Part shown: positions 30,169 to 40,925 of the stretch, piece by piece
How positions within the stretch are numbered: the stretch's first letter is position 1
Layout of the letters: every line of letters begins with the position of its first letter
Origin: Candidatus Brockarchaeota archaeon
GTDB lineage: Archaea; Thermoproteota; EX4484-205; JAAOZP01
Reading direction: 5' to 3'
NCBI GenBank assembly: GCA_017601345.1
Contig: JAFNIT010000006.1
Coordinates: 1 to 58,915 of the forward strand
DNA: 58,915 nt
Position numbers and translations under genes: made by a program
The notes under the pieces: model-generated
What the model was told of the DNA's origin: nothing
The model's input: the letters and a program-made list of their open reading frames with translations, nothing else
The model's database searches: none

Positions 30169-32259
30169 TTACGGTGCGAATAGCGTTGAGAACCTTGTTG
30201 CTGTCGGCCCGACTAGGTTTAGTATTGCAGCCGGCAGCCACATTGCTCCGAAGCCGAGTATCCAGCCTGCTACAATGGGTATAGCATACTCCTCGTACTT
30301 CTTAATACCCACAGTCCTTATTACGACGAACTTTATGATCAAAGCAATCAGCGAAGTCATCCACATGTATGTGACTGCAACCATAACTACGTATAGTGCA
30401 GGAATGTTTATGAACCATAGGAATGGAATCTTTGTCTTAAGTATGTAAAGAACTATTCCAAGCAGAAAACCTAAACCATAGAGATATAACAGGTTATACT
30501 CGATGGTCAAACCCGTTATTGCAGATCTTCCTTTATGATAGTGGCCTTGTGCAATCCACGGCCACCATCCTAGTAGACGATCGCCCAATTGATTGATTCC
30601 TCCCCTTGTGTTAACGATGAAGTAAGTGTCTAATGGCACGAATATGAATAGCAGTATTATCGCACCTATTAATAAGGCGATTAGAAAGTCTTTTAGCCTT
30701 ATTTTCAACTCATAGGCTATCTTGTAAAGTATCATCATGTTTCCTGCAGACAGTGGAGAGAACAGGACATTCCAATTGTTCACGTTCACAAGGTTCTTGT
30801 TTATGGTGAACCATGCTGGGTCAGTGTTAGGAGTGCTCCAGGTTACTGATTCAGGCGCAGGCCATCCTCTTAAACTAACGCCGGCCAAGTAAGTCGGCTC
30901 CCAGATGTATTCGTAACCAGTAACGAACCACCAGATCTCCGAGTATATTCTTGCGCAAAGTATGTTGAAGAGGAACATCCATAGGGGCACGAGGAGAGCG
31001 ATTAGAGGATCGGCTCCCTCAACCAGCATCAACGCATACCATCCAAATCCGCCTATCAACAATAATGCTGGAATTATTCTCAATGGGAGCTCTCTTTCTT
31101 TCCCCCCTTTCCACAATGATGAAAATACGCTGGCTAATCTCTTTCTCTGGGTGAAGATGCACCATACTGGTATTGCAAGCCCCATGCCGTTTGCGGCGAA
31201 CCATTTGTACGGGAATGGCATTAAATTGCAACCGGCATTTCCATCCCAATTCCATACAAATTCCATGCCTGGCGTGTACGCCATCCAGCCCATGGCCACT
31301 GCTAGTCCCTGGTATATTACGCCGAATACTAGCCAACCGATGATCTGGGTTAACAGTACATCGTTAGGTAGGATAAGTCCTATGGCGACTAATGGTAGGA
31401 AGAAGATAAAAGCCGCATAAGCGCCTGGTATTGCTTGGGCTAAGAAGGGTATGCCTACATTGGTTTCACCCCACCACGCTGCTGCAGGGAACGCTGGCCA
31501 GAGCTCAGTTACTACAGGAGCTATGCCTGTTACCATACCTATTAGAAACATTCCCCAGAACACTTTCGTGGTTGCCAGCTTGAAGTCGAAGATTCTAGAT
31601 TTATTCGTGGTCGGATCAACCTCCCCCGCCTCCTTGAACAGGTGGAGCGAGGGCAACGCCATTGGGAACACTAGCCTCTCCTCCTCTATCCATACCCTGC
31701 CAAATGCGAAAGTTACGAATATGCTTATGAAAGAGTAGAACAAGTATATCAGTCCCCAGTACACTATAGAAGTCATTAAGTATCCCCATGGTACTGCTTG
31801 ACCCGGAGCCCTCCCGTTGAGGAGCATCGTCGCAATATCGAAGCGAACCGGCTCAGGTGGTATTATAGCTGAAGGAACAGCTTTACTCCAGGAGTCTCTT
31901 AAGTCACCTATTCCAAACGCTAGATAGTCGCTAAAAGCTCCATAGATTGGTATGTTTAACGGATTACCGTGAGCTGCGGCATGCATCGCTAGATAGGAAT
32001 GCATCCCAAGGAATGTGAAGACTGAAAATATGAAAACATATTCTTGAGGAGTCAATCTTAGCTTAGGGCTGGCGCGTCCCAAGAGTTCCATTATTATCAC
32101 TATGTATATCATTGGGAGTAGGAAGGTTCCGAAGGTTCCAGGCTTATCTGTGTAAAGACCCAGCACAACCGAGAGGTATGCGAATATTAGTGCCAGAGGG
32201 ATCGAGAAAGCGAGCGATTTTACAGTTAAGCCTGATTTAAGCTCTACTTCTGAAGCCAT
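30169..32259 (-). CDS. Polytopic membrane protein, DUF6785/OPT-like, copy B
   Basis: Full-length paralog of 13556..15655 with identical C-terminus. Confidence 0.75.
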   Translation of the reverse strand: MASEVELKSGLTVKSLAFSIPLALIFAYLSVVLGLYTDKPGTFGTFLLPMIYIVIIMELLGRASPKLRLTPQEYVFIFSVFTFLGMHSYLAMHAAAHGNPLNIPIYGAFSDYLAFGIGDLRDSWSKAVPSAIIPPEPVRFDIATMLLNGRAPGQAVPWGYLMTSIVYWGLIYLFYSFISIFVTFAFGRVWIEEERLVFPMALPSLHLFKEAGEVDPTTNKSRIFDFKLATTKVFWGMFLIGMVTGIAPVVTELWPAFPAAAWWGETNVGIPFLAQAIPGAYAAFIFFLPLVAIGLILPNDVLLTQIIGWLVFGVIYQGLAVAMGWMAYTPGMEFVWNWDGNAGCNLMPFPYKWFAANGMGLAIPVWCIFTQRKRLASVFSSLWKGGKERELPLRIIPALLLIGGFGWYALMLVEGADPLIALLVPLWMFLFNILCARIYSEIWWFVTGYEYIWEPTYLAGVSLRGWPAPESVTWSTPNTDPAWFTINKNLVNVNNWNVLFSPLSAGNMMILYKIAYELKIRLKDFLIALLIGAIILLFIFVPLDTYFIVNTRGGINQLGDRLLGWWPWIAQGHYHKGRSAITGLTIEYNLLYLYGLGFLLGIVLYILKTKIPFLWFINIPALYVVMVAVTYMWMTSLIALIIKFVVIRTVGIKKYEEYAIPIVAGWILGFGAMWLPAAILNLVGPTATRFSTLFAP

Positions 32260-32563
32260 AAATTATTTCACCTCAGTATATGTTTTAAGCAAAAGTAATA
32301 TTTAAAGGTTCTGGCCTTAAATTCATTTTTTAAAGTATTTATTTTTATTCAAATAACTGGAAAGAGTAATTACGACTAGCTGGTCTAAACAGCTACATAC
32401 TTGCAGTCAGTTGCATGTATTTAGTCTTTATTGATGCTTATTGCTCTAACATAGCTTGTTGGTGTTTCAAAATAGACCTACATTTTGCTCGTCACTTCTT
32501 CAAGCTTTTAAAAAGCTATTTTGAAGCATTAAGTTCTTATTCTGCTTATAGTTTGTGTATATT

Positions 32564-33358
32564 ATGAGTTTTGAGGTAAAGAGACTGAGGACTGGCGTTG
32601 AAGGCCTTGACTCGCTTCTTCAAGGAGGAATACCTGAGGGGTTTTTCGTAGCGGTTACTGGAGAACCGGGTTGCGGGAAGACGATATTGTCGATACACTT
32701 TATAAATAAGGGTATTGAGGACGGGGACAAATGCATATACGTTACTACCGAGGAGAGCCGGGAGTCAATAGTCAGACAGGCTTCTCAATTCAATATGGAT
32801 TTCTCTAAAAAGGTTGAAGAAAACAGGTTGATAATAATCGATGCTTTAATGGGTAGAACAGACAAATGGAGTCTTCAAAGCCTGGACATGGAGGCATTAG
32901 TCTCTAAGATAATAGAGGCCAAGAAAGAGCTTGGATACGGAAGGGCTAGAGTTGTTATCGACAGCCTTTCAGCATTCTGGCTTGATAAACCGGCAATGGC
33001 TAGGAGGTACAGCTATTACGTTAAGAAGGTTCTTTCAAAATGGGATTTCACAATACTCGCAGTAAGCCAGTATGCGATAACCACTGCGGAAAGCTTCGGC
33101 TTTGGTGTTGAACACATAGCAGACGGGATAATAAGGTTCAGGAGAATTATCCGTGGAGGCGAGTTGAAAAGGTTCGTAGTGATCGAGAAAATGAGACAGA
33201 CCGACCACAGCAGATACCTTCACGAGATCGATATCAAGCCTGGTGTTGGCCTAGTGGTCTTAGGCAGGGTTGAGAAGAGAGTCGAGGACTATAAGCTACC
33301 TTTTGAAGTAACGAAGAAAATAATTGAGGCTAAGAAGGAGGCTGAGAAAGAACTATGA
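32564..33358 (+). CDS. Single-domain KaiC-like (RecA-superfamily) ATPase, PAE1156-type
   Basis: TGVEGLD, GEPGCGKT, TTEES, IDSLSAFWLDKPAMARRY, EHIADGIIR, EKMRQT; ATG at 32564 preferred over GTG at 32555. Confidence 0.9.
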   Translation: MSFEVKRLRTGVEGLDSLLQGGIPEGFFVAVTGEPGCGKTILSIHFINKGIEDGDKCIYVTTEESRESIVRQASQFNMDFSKKVEENRLIIIDALMGRTDKWSLQSLDMEALVSKIIEAKKELGYGRARVVIDSLSAFWLDKPAMARRYSYYVKKVLSKWDFTILAVSQYAITTAESFGFGVEHIADGIIRFRRIIRGGELKRFVVIEKMRQTDHSRYLHEIDIKPGVGLVVLGRVEKRVEDYKLPFEVTKKIIEAKKEAEKEL

Positions 33359-34224
33359 ACCCTTGGCTTCCGTCAGAGCATTATGAGAGACCTGAGGTTA
33401 AGAAGGAAATAGCTGATTACTGTAAAAACCGGTGGGTTGCTATCCACTGTGAAGCTGTTGGAGAAAACGGTATGCGTATAATGATCAGGTATGATAGAGG
33501 AAAACCATTGACAATAAACTCAGAATCTGAATTCACGGGGCTGATCAACCGTTACATGAAGTATAGACCAAGGGCATTCTATGCTACAGCTCACATTTAC
33601 TCTAGGTTTAAAATTAGGGAGGATGTTTTAGACAGGAGCAACATAGTCTACTCTTCTCCTGTATGGGATATAGACTCTAAAGATGGAGATTGGAGAAGGG
33701 TGATCAAAAAGGCTCAGGAGATAGTAGGCTTGTTAGATAGTTTTGGAGTGTCCAAATCGGTTTTCGTAAAGTGGAGCGGACGCGGTGCCCATGTCCACAT
33801 AAACCCGTTCTGTTTCAGTGTCGATGTAAGAAGGAAAATAGAACCGATTGACATAGCATATTCAATAACGAACTTCATTACTAATAGGCTTGAGCATACT
33901 GAAGGGGTTATTGTTGAAAGCAGGATAGATATTCAGAGAGTTTTTACTTCACCCTTATCTCTACATAGGGTTCTAGATCGCGTAGCCATATGCCTGTTAC
34001 CTGAGAAACTGGAAGAATTCGACATAGGATGGACAGATCCAAAATCATATGTTCATTTCCCAGACTCTTGGAGACGTTTCTCAGAAAGTGAAGGGGACGA
34101 TTTGGCTGAAAAAGCCTTCACTTCTACAGGCCCATACGTAACTGGAAAGCATTGGAGGAGAAAACATAAGCCACTTGATACCGAGATACTGGAAACAATC
34201 GGGAAATTCGGCAATCAACTCTAA
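33355..34224 (+). CDS. Archaeo-eukaryotic primase (PriS-like) catalytic domain protein
   Basis: WDIDS (DxD), KWSGRGAHVH, RVFTSPLSLH. Confidence 0.75.
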   Translation: MNPWLPSEHYERPEVKKEIADYCKNRWVAIHCEAVGENGMRIMIRYDRGKPLTINSESEFTGLINRYMKYRPRAFYATAHIYSRFKIREDVLDRSNIVYSSPVWDIDSKDGDWRRVIKKAQEIVGLLDSFGVSKSVFVKWSGRGAHVHINPFCFSVDVRRKIEPIDIAYSITNFITNRLEHTEGVIVESRIDIQRVFTSPLSLHRVLDRVAICLLPEKLEEFDIGWTDPKSYVHFPDSWRRFSESEGDDLAEKAFTSTGPYVTGKHWRRKHKPLDTEILETIGKFGNQL

Positions 34225-34284
34225 ATTTAATTATTGAGATCTTTAAATAATAAACATTAGGGTAAAATTTATTATTGTGGGACA

Positions 34285-34882
34285 ATGACAATAGTTAGGG
34301 TTGACGAAAGTGGAATGGCGACTATTCCCAGAGAAATTGGTGTTAGAGGAACTAGAGCTATAGTCATACCTGCGGGCAGTTTCTTAACGATACCTCTCCC
34401 TCAGTCTCCTCGCGAAGAGGAGGAAACAGCTTTGATTATTGAGTCTCTGAATAAAACGCCTCTCAGTTTTTCTGAGCTTAAGAAAAGGATAGGGTGGAGA
34501 GTAGTGGCCATCTCCAGTTCCGTTTGAATAAACTGAATGGGCTTGTAGAAACCACACCAGAAGGAAGCTACAAGCTTACGGACGATGGGAGGGAAGCGCT
34601 GAGGATAATAGGAACGATGAAGAAAACAAATGGAATACGAAATTCCAGATCGCATACTCCTTTATTGTATTCATAGTTCTGATTTTTCTGAGCCTATACC
34701 TTCTATCTTACGAAGAATGGGCTCTTCCTCCACGTACTTCTCTTGGAACTACTCTGGAAATATTTTGCCCAGGCTTGGATACTACTATCCCCTTATACGT
34801 AAAGCCAAATCAGTCTGTTACACTTACATGTACTGTAAACTACGATTGGGTGTATCCCTCAACAGTATGCGGAGGAACTTAA
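34285..34882 (+). pseudogene. Decayed fusion of an AbrB-like antitoxin fragment with a frameshifted wHTH-TM regulator
   Basis: MTIVRVDESGMATIPREIG then PLSFSELKKRIG / frameshift near 34493 / VESSGHLQFRLNKL...YKLTDDGREAL / frameshift / FIVLIFLSLYLL. Confidence 0.65.
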
Positions 34883-35220
34883 TTCTGATAGAAGAATACC
34901 CTGCTCCTGAAAACACTTTTGAAGTCTATGAATATGATTTTTGACACTACTATTTTGATGTTCATGGCGTGGAATCCTATCATATTTTGAATAAAAGTTA
35001 CTACAATGGCAGTTATTCGCTAGAATGTAATTTACTTAACAAAGGTGAGTATGAGCCCCCTTTACTTGGGGAGGCTTAGGCCGGTCTATTGATAAGCCTG
35101 GTAGTTACCATATTGTCATTTATAATCTGGTCTATCGGAATTTGAGATCAGAGGTAGATTCCAATTCACTGGTAACCGTTTTCAAAAGCCCTATGCAAAA
35201 ATAGGCTAGTAACACTATCC

Positions 35221-35259
35221 TTGGTAATTATCTATTTCTTTTGGTAATTATCTTTCTTT
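35221..35259. repeat. Short imperfect tandem repeat (20-bp period)
   Basis: TTGGTAATTATCTATTTCTT followed by TTGGTAATTATCTTTCTTT. Confidence 0.6.
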
Positions 35260-35344
35260 GTAATATTAACAGTTTATCTCGTATAAAAGCTAAAGAAATA
35301 ATTGTTAGCAAGTGATTTCGAATAGTGGTCTAGAGAGCGTAGAC

Positions 35345-35674
35345 TTATTGCCTTTTAAGCTCCATGTTCATCCATTCAAAATAGCTTTTATCTCCAGAAG
35401 CTATCGGCATTGCAATAATTTCTGGAACCTCGTATGGATGATTCTCTCTAATAGTTTTTTCAAGCTCTTCATAGAAGTCTTCTTTGCTCTTGATTATGCA
35501 TAGCCATTCTTCTGCTTCTTCTATTTTCCCCTTCCACCAGTATAGGCTTGATACTGGGCCAACTATCTGAACGCATCCTGTTAACCTCTTCTCCAACAAT
35601 ATTTTAGCAATCCTTAAAGCGTCTTCTTTTTTCTCTACTGTTGTTAAAACCTGTATATATTCTATCTTACTCAT
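35345..35674 (-). CDS. cutA: Divalent-cation tolerance protein CutA
   Basis: SLYWWKGKIEEAEE, HPYEVPEII, YFEW. Confidence 0.95.
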   Translation of the reverse strand: MSKIEYIQVLTTVEKKEDALRIAKILLEKRLTGCVQIVGPVSSLYWWKGKIEEAEEWLCIIKSKEDFYEELEKTIRENHPYEVPEIIAMPIASGDKSYFEWMNMELKRQ

Positions 35675-35799
35675 AGTAGTATCCTAGTTTAGAAGAGGGA
35701 GGATTTATTAATATAGTTTGACTACATCGATTTTTAAGCCACTTAAAAGAGGATTAGAAGCCTAATGTTTTATATGTTCTCTAAAGACATTACGGGATT

Positions 35800-36825
35800 A
35801 TGGATATTAATAGACTCTATATTCCTGACCCGGTTTCAGCCGGAATAATATTGTCGTACAAGTGTAATAGCAAATGTAAACATTGCATGTATGCCTGCTC
35901 CCCCCTATGGAAAGCTGATTGGCTTGCTAAGGAGGATATTAGGCTTATTCTAAAGCAACTGGCTTTAAGGATTAAGCCAAGCCCATATGGCTCTGAAAGT
36001 ATTGGTGTAAATTATGGACTACATTTTACTGGTGGAGAGCCATTTCTAAATTATGATCTTCTTTTAGATGCTGTTAAAACTGCGAATGATCTTGGAATTC
36101 CTTCAACCTTCGTTGAAACTAACTGCTTCTGGTGCGTTGACGATGAGCAAGTCAGTGAAAAGCTCACAGCCTTAAAAAAGGCTGGGTTAAAGGGAATACT
36201 AATCAGTGTAAATCCCTTTATATTAGAGCAGGTTCCTTTCGAAAGGGTTGAGAGAGCAGTCAGGATAAGTGAAAAAGTTTTTGGCAATAATACAATCATA
36301 TATCAAGGAATCTACTATCATCGTTTCAAAAAACTAGGTATAAATGGTACTATTACCCTAGACCAATATTTGAAGATAGATGGGTGGGCATTGCAGTATT
36401 CGGAACTTCTTCCAATGGGAAGAGCCTGCTACAAGCTGAAGCATCTGTTCGTAAAGCACCCTGCTAAAACCTTCTTTAACGAATCTTGCATATCTGAGCT
36501 CACTAGGAACTGGCACGTTCACATAGATAATTATTTCAATTATATGACAGGTTATTGTGGCGGCATATCTCTCGGAGATGCTAGAAATCTGGATGATTTA
36601 GTACGGGAAGGAGTAAGCTTGGATGATAGGCCAATACTACGCGCACTCGTCACAAGCATTGAAAGTCTCTATGAATTTGCAGTAAAGGAATTCAACTATA
36701 GGGAAAATGAAGAAGGATATATTTCTAAATGTCACCTTTGTATAGATATAAGGAGACACATAATACAACAAACCAACGAATTTAAAGAGCTTCAACCGAG
36801 AGAGCTGTATTATAATTTAGAGTGA
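35800..36825 (+). CDS. Radical SAM protein
   Basis: [22 protein letters not shown]-terminal CHLC. Confidence 0.9.
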   Translation: MDINRLYIPDPVSAGIILSYKCNSKCKHCMYACSPLWKADWLAKEDIRLILKQLALRIKPSPYGSESIGVNYGLHFTGGEPFLNYDLLLDAVKTANDLGIPSTFVETNCFWCVDDEQVSEKLTALKKAGLKGILISVNPFILEQVPFERVERAVRISEKVFGNNTIIYQGIYYHRFKKLGINGTITLDQYLKIDGWALQYSELLPMGRACYKLKHLFVKHPAKTFFNESCISELTRNWHVHIDNYFNYMTGYCGGISLGDARNLDDLVREGVSLDDRPILRALVTSIESLYEFAVKEFNYRENEEGYISKCHLCIDIRRHIIQQTNEFKELQPRELYYNLE

Positions 36826-36875
36826 AGAGTGAACGGGTAAATTTTAAAAAGGGATTGAAAATCGCCTTTTTTAAA

Positions 36876-37088
36876 ATGAATAATAATAGAATCGTTCCTC
36901 TAGCTAAGAGAAGAAGAGGAATTACTATATTCTGGAGAAGGGCGAGAGGTTTCTCTCTAGGCGAATTAAAGGAGGCTGGTTTGAACATTTATGAAGTCCG
37001 AAAACTCGGCGTTCCTGTAGACCCTAGGAGAAAATCGGTTCACGAAGAGAATATTAAGAAACTTAAAGAACTTCTCAAATCCTCCTGA
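36876..37088 (+). CDS. rpl13e: 50S ribosomal protein L13e
   Basis: [16 protein letters not shown]...[13 protein letters not shown]; ATG at 36876 preferred. Confidence 0.9.
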   Translation: MNNNRIVPLAKRRRGITIFWRRARGFSLGELKEAGLNIYEVRKLGVPVDPRRKSVHEENIKKLKELLKSS

Positions 37089-37104
37089 TCGCCTTAAGCT
37101 ATCT

Positions 37105-37692
37105 CTATGCTCTTACAGATACGAACCTGGAGTTTTTGACATAAAACCTTAATGGGATATCGAGATCTTTCGTAACACCTATTCGAAAGCTTCTGGCAAT
37201 ATTCTCCTCCTTCCGTCCTTCTCTTATCGTGATCTCCGAACTATTTAAGTAAACAGGCTTCTTATGAAGATTCTTATTAATGTCCATGGCTTCAGTAAGC
37301 CTTCCAGGGCCATTCGTCAATTTAAGCAAATCATCAATCTTTCTAAGCTTTTTCATCATTTCTACTCCTCTAATTGGTTCAAGGGCCCTGATTAAAACAC
37401 CCCCGCTTCCATGCGGCTCATGGGCCACAACGTTGAAAAGCCATTTTCCATGGACACCGTATACGAGAGCTCTGCCAACATCGCCATACAGCATCATGGC
37501 TATATCGCCCCTGCTCCTATATGCTCTTGAAGCAGGGTCTGTTTCCCCGTAGTAGGCTTCTGTTTCGACAATGACTCCCGCTAGGATTATTCCCCTTAAA
37601 ACTCTACATAAAACCTTGCCTAAAAGATTCATTGCTACTAGTGCTGGATCCCTTGCATAAAAATCCTGCGGCAGTATCCTCCCCATTCTCAT
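37105..37692 (-). CDS. mpg: DNA-3-methyladenine glycosylase (MPG/AAG family)
   Basis: IVETEAY, DPASRA, VLIRALEP, NGPGRL, RIGV. Confidence 0.93.
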   Translation of the reverse strand: MRMGRILPQDFYARDPALVAMNLLGKVLCRVLRGIILAGVIVETEAYYGETDPASRAYRSRGDIAMMLYGDVGRALVYGVHGKWLFNVVAHEPHGSGGVLIRALEPIRGVEMMKKLRKIDDLLKLTNGPGRLTEAMDINKNLHKKPVYLNSSEITIREGRKEENIARSFRIGVTKDLDIPLRFYVKNSRFVSVRA

Positions 37693-37716
37693 AGTTTATG
37701 GCTGTTGACAGCTAGC

Positions 37717-38523
37717 TTATTCGACTTTCTTCTCCAATGGTCTGCGTTTGCTGAAAGTGGTTATATGCTCATAGCCTATCGTCCTTATGTATTCTATCAA
37801 GACATTGTAGGCGTAGTCTATTTCCCCTATGGAATGTGCGTCAGTACCTATTGTAATTGGTATACCCAATTCGCAAGCCCTCTTCAATATTCTAGGAGAA
37901 GGATATATGGAGCTTACGGGTTGTCTTAATCCTCTTGAAGAAACTTCTAGACACAATTTCCTCTCCTTGATAAGCTCTAAAGCCTTCTGCTCGTCTTCAA
38001 AACCATCGGCGGGGGTAAATCCCCATATCTTAACAAGATCCATGTGTCCAACGATATCGAAGAAACCGGTTTCCACAGCCATTCCCACTAGTCTCAAGTA
38101 TTTAGAATAAAGGCTGTCAAAACCATTTTCCCTAACCATCTTCTCCACTAGAGCCCTCTGCCTCGAAGAATCTATGCAAATACTGTCGACGAAATGGACG
38201 CTCCCTATTACAAGATCAAAATCATAGTTTTTCAATATTCTTTCAACTATTTCCTCGTTTCCCGGTATGTAATCAACTTCAACACCGAGCCTAATGGTTA
38301 CCCTATCTCTGTATTTTCCAGAAGCCGCCTTAACTTCTCTAACATAGTCTTCGATCTTAAGCGTGTTTAATGAGTGGGTTTCCGTCGATCCATCGGGGAA
38401 AACAGTTAAGTGGTCAGTGAAAGCAATCTCTTCAAAACCTCTTTGAATAGCAGTCTTGCAATAATCCGTTATGCTGGAACTTCCGTCGCTGAACACCGTA
38501 TGAATATGATAGTTTATTTTCAC
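37717..38523 (-). CDS. PHP-family histidinol-phosphatase-like protein (HisJ family)
   Basis: YHIHT, FTDH, GVEVDY, IGSVH, GHMD, GTDAH. Confidence 0.88.
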   Translation of the reverse strand: MKINYHIHTVFSDGSSSITDYCKTAIQRGFEEIAFTDHLTVFPDGSTETHSLNTLKIEDYVREVKAASGKYRDRVTIRLGVEVDYIPGNEEIVERILKNYDFDLVIGSVHFVDSICIDSSRQRALVEKMVRENGFDSLYSKYLRLVGMAVETGFFDIVGHMDLVKIWGFTPADGFEDEQKALELIKERKLCLEVSSRGLRQPVSSIYPSPRILKRACELGIPITIGTDAHSIGEIDYAYNVLIEYIRTIGYEHITTFSKRRPLEKKVE

Positions 38524-38951
38524 GAGACTGAGTTAGAAAAAACTTTTTTAAACCTTCCTATTCATCTGCCGAGCAGCTAAGGTCAGTTTCTTGCTTCTGG
38601 ACTTCAAATACAGCTTCACGAATACAAGTTAATATCATCTACTTAACCTTAATTTTCTATTTTTTTATCTATGATTTTTAATGCCACTTTCTACGCAGGG
38701 ACTACATTCCCATTCTCCTTGACATCTTTTACAAAGGAATGTTTAATCATGAAATCACTTGAGCCGAGATTTGTTTTTTTTTGAGAAAGGAGTTCCGTGA
38801 TTTTAAAAGGAAATAAATAGATATCTTGATATTTCTGTAAGTACGGCTTATTACAAACGTCTTATTATTCTCCGTTTATTGGTTCATTTGTAAACTAAAT
38901 TATGAAACAATTCTTAAAATAATAAAATTCTCTCTTTCCCCGGGGGAGGGG

Positions 38952-39317
38952 TTGGGGGGAATGAGGCCCTCAGAGATTAGAAGTTTGAAGGAAACGTTTC
39001 TGAGGACCCTGGTTTTTTCAATGTTGTTGGCTATTTTAACCAATGTTCTTTCTCTTTTCTGGGTAATTGGTGGTGAAGCATGGTTTGAAAATTCTTATCT
39101 TTACTCTTCCCCGCCTCCTCATAACTCTGATGGTAAAACGAGTAAAATCCAGATCGATACTTCTATTTCTAAAATGGAGGCGTCATTTTACGCTCCTGCT
39201 CAACAAGCATATGAGAAATTAGAAGCCAATGGTTCCACGCATATTGAAAATGTTTTTCAATATATTGCTCAGGACATAAAAGAATTATTTCAACTGATTA
39301 CCGTCATCTTTTCTTAA
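38952..39317 (+). CDS. Hypothetical membrane-anchored protein
   Basis: 121-aa ORF with one hydrophobic helix. Confidence 0.45.
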   Translation: MGGMRPSEIRSLKETFLRTLVFSMLLAILTNVLSLFWVIGGEAWFENSYLYSSPPPHNSDGKTSKIQIDTSISKMEASFYAPAQQAYEKLEANGSTHIENVFQYIAQDIKELFQLITVIFS

Positions 39318-39591
39318 CCTTCTCATAGCGTTTACAGTAGGCACTGGAAAATTACCCTAAAGTATTCTTGCGAAGATTTTTAACATGCATCAGTCTAGCG
39401 GTTTCGGATTCTGGCCAAATTTATTGTAAGCCGGAGTAAAAATGCTGGGTTAAACGGGGAAAGATGCCCGTTTAAAAACCACATATTCGTTGAAACAGGC
39501 CTTAAAAAAGGGTTTAAATGGTAAACAGACACCATTATTTAAGAGGTAGAAAAATAATCTTTAAACTATCCGTTTTCAATTCCAATAACAG

Positions 39592-40866
39592 ATGGGGGTA
39601 AAGAGAAGCTGTAGGATAGTTATACTCGCGGCATCCATATTTCCACTGCTCATTATAATGCTTTCATGGAATATCACCATACTGAAAAGTGCCTTTAATC
39701 CTTCAAATACTCATTGGAGACATCCGGAAAAAGCAAGTGGTTACATCGTTGACGGACGCGGTGAGAATATTGTTGCATTTCTATCTGCCGATGAGGATAA
39801 CGAAGTATTATTCGCAAGTCTAGACAATGGAACTGATTACTCCATGATTGAGCCTTGCGAAAAGGATTTTAAAGGACCTGTCGGCTATGTTCTTGTTTTC
39901 AATAGTTTTACAGATGAGGTTCAGTACCGCTACATATATCTCGGAATAGTTCCTGAAGGGTCTAATGCAGATTGCAGTCCTTCCCAATCTAAAAAGTTCG
40001 AGGTCGGCATAGGCGATATTGTTCTGTTTTTCACAGATTCTGAGGGTAGACCGCTTGAAAATGTTCACGTGGTTTTCGATGAATGGGGGATAGAGGGGTA
40101 TACTGACAAGTCTGGAAGCCTGAGGCTGGAGAAGATGCCGAGGATAAGCTACAGAATTACTGCAGAATGGGTGAGTAAGTATGGTAGTAGAGCTTTTACA
40201 AGAGCATTCGTGAAAGGCGACTACATTATAACTATGCCAGTCTACGACGTTACCTTACAATTATTAACTTCAAAAACTAGTCCGGTGGCTAATGCTAATG
40301 TTTGGCTGGGGAACTTATACCTGGGTGTTACTGATGGAGAAGGGAGGATCTTGGTTACCCAAGTTCCAGCAGGCAGCTATGTGGTTTCAGCAAAGTGGCT
40401 TGGCTCGGATCTTATTCTGCAAGGTGTGAATGTTACAACCAGTGGCGAGATAGTCCTAACACCCTCCAATGTACATAGTTTAACCATAATGGTCAGGGGA
40501 GCTATGGGGCAAGCTCTTGAAGGAGCTAGCGTTACCGTCTGGAAGGATGGTGCCGAACTGCTTAGAAGGATTACGGATAAGAGCGGTAGCGTGGAGATTG
40601 AGCTACCCGACGGAGAATATGTTATCGAGGCTTCTTTTGATCAGTTTCAGAAGAAGAAATCAGTAACTCTTACAACTGATAGTTTTGAAAGAATCGACCT
40701 GGATGTATTTGTAAAAGTGCTCGGTGTTTCGATGACTCTTTCACAAACTATCCTCTCAGTATTAGGAATAATCTTGATGATTGTTCTTTTAGCCGTGATT
40801 ATTCACGAATATCATATTTACAGGAGGAAGAAATTACCTCAACTCTTTATCGTAAGGAAAATATAG
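39592..40866 (+). CDS. Cell-surface protein with repeated carboxypeptidase-regulatory-like beta-sandwich domains
   Basis: Signal/TM N-terminus; three repeats of the type G.PLE.A.V...TD..G.....LP.G.Y; C-terminal TM plus RRKK. Confidence 0.75.
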   Translation: MGVKRSCRIVILAASIFPLLIIMLSWNITILKSAFNPSNTHWRHPEKASGYIVDGRGENIVAFLSADEDNEVLFASLDNGTDYSMIEPCEKDFKGPVGYVLVFNSFTDEVQYRYIYLGIVPEGSNADCSPSQSKKFEVGIGDIVLFFTDSEGRPLENVHVVFDEWGIEGYTDKSGSLRLEKMPRISYRITAEWVSKYGSRAFTRAFVKGDYIITMPVYDVTLQLLTSKTSPVANANVWLGNLYLGVTDGEGRILVTQVPAGSYVVSAKWLGSDLILQGVNVTTSGEIVLTPSNVHSLTIMVRGAMGQALEGASVTVWKDGAELLRRITDKSGSVEIELPDGEYVIEASFDQFQKKKSVTLTTDSFERIDLDVFVKVLGVSMTLSQTILSVLGIILMIVLLAVIIHEYHIYRRKKLPQLFIVRKI

Positions 40867-40905
40867 TAACGATTCGGCTTTTTGTTTATCAATTCTTCCT
40901 AAAAC

Positions 40906-40925
40906 ACAGCATATAACAGCATATA
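40906..40925. repeat. Perfect 10-bp tandem repeat
   Basis: ACAGCATATA twice, in the intergenic region upstream of the HTH-V4R operon. Confidence 0.6.

Noticed and set aside
14077-31738. Similar antisense ORFs at 14077..14364 and 31451..31738, and alternative-frame ORFs at 14479..14715 and 31019..31336
   Set aside because: By-products of the duplicated DNA blocks, not independent genes
13556-32259. Diversity-generating retroelement or transposon explanation for the paralog repeats
   Set aside because: Differences are not adenine-specific, and no reverse transcriptase, transposase or recombinase is seen; the repeats are gene-internal
34630-34944. 104-aa ORF as an independent gene
   Set aside because: Off-frame reading through the decayed wHTH-TM remnant
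38931-38960. C/G-rich hairpin or G-run before ORF 38952
   Set aside because: Stem is short and may simply include an SD-like purine tract; no supportable function
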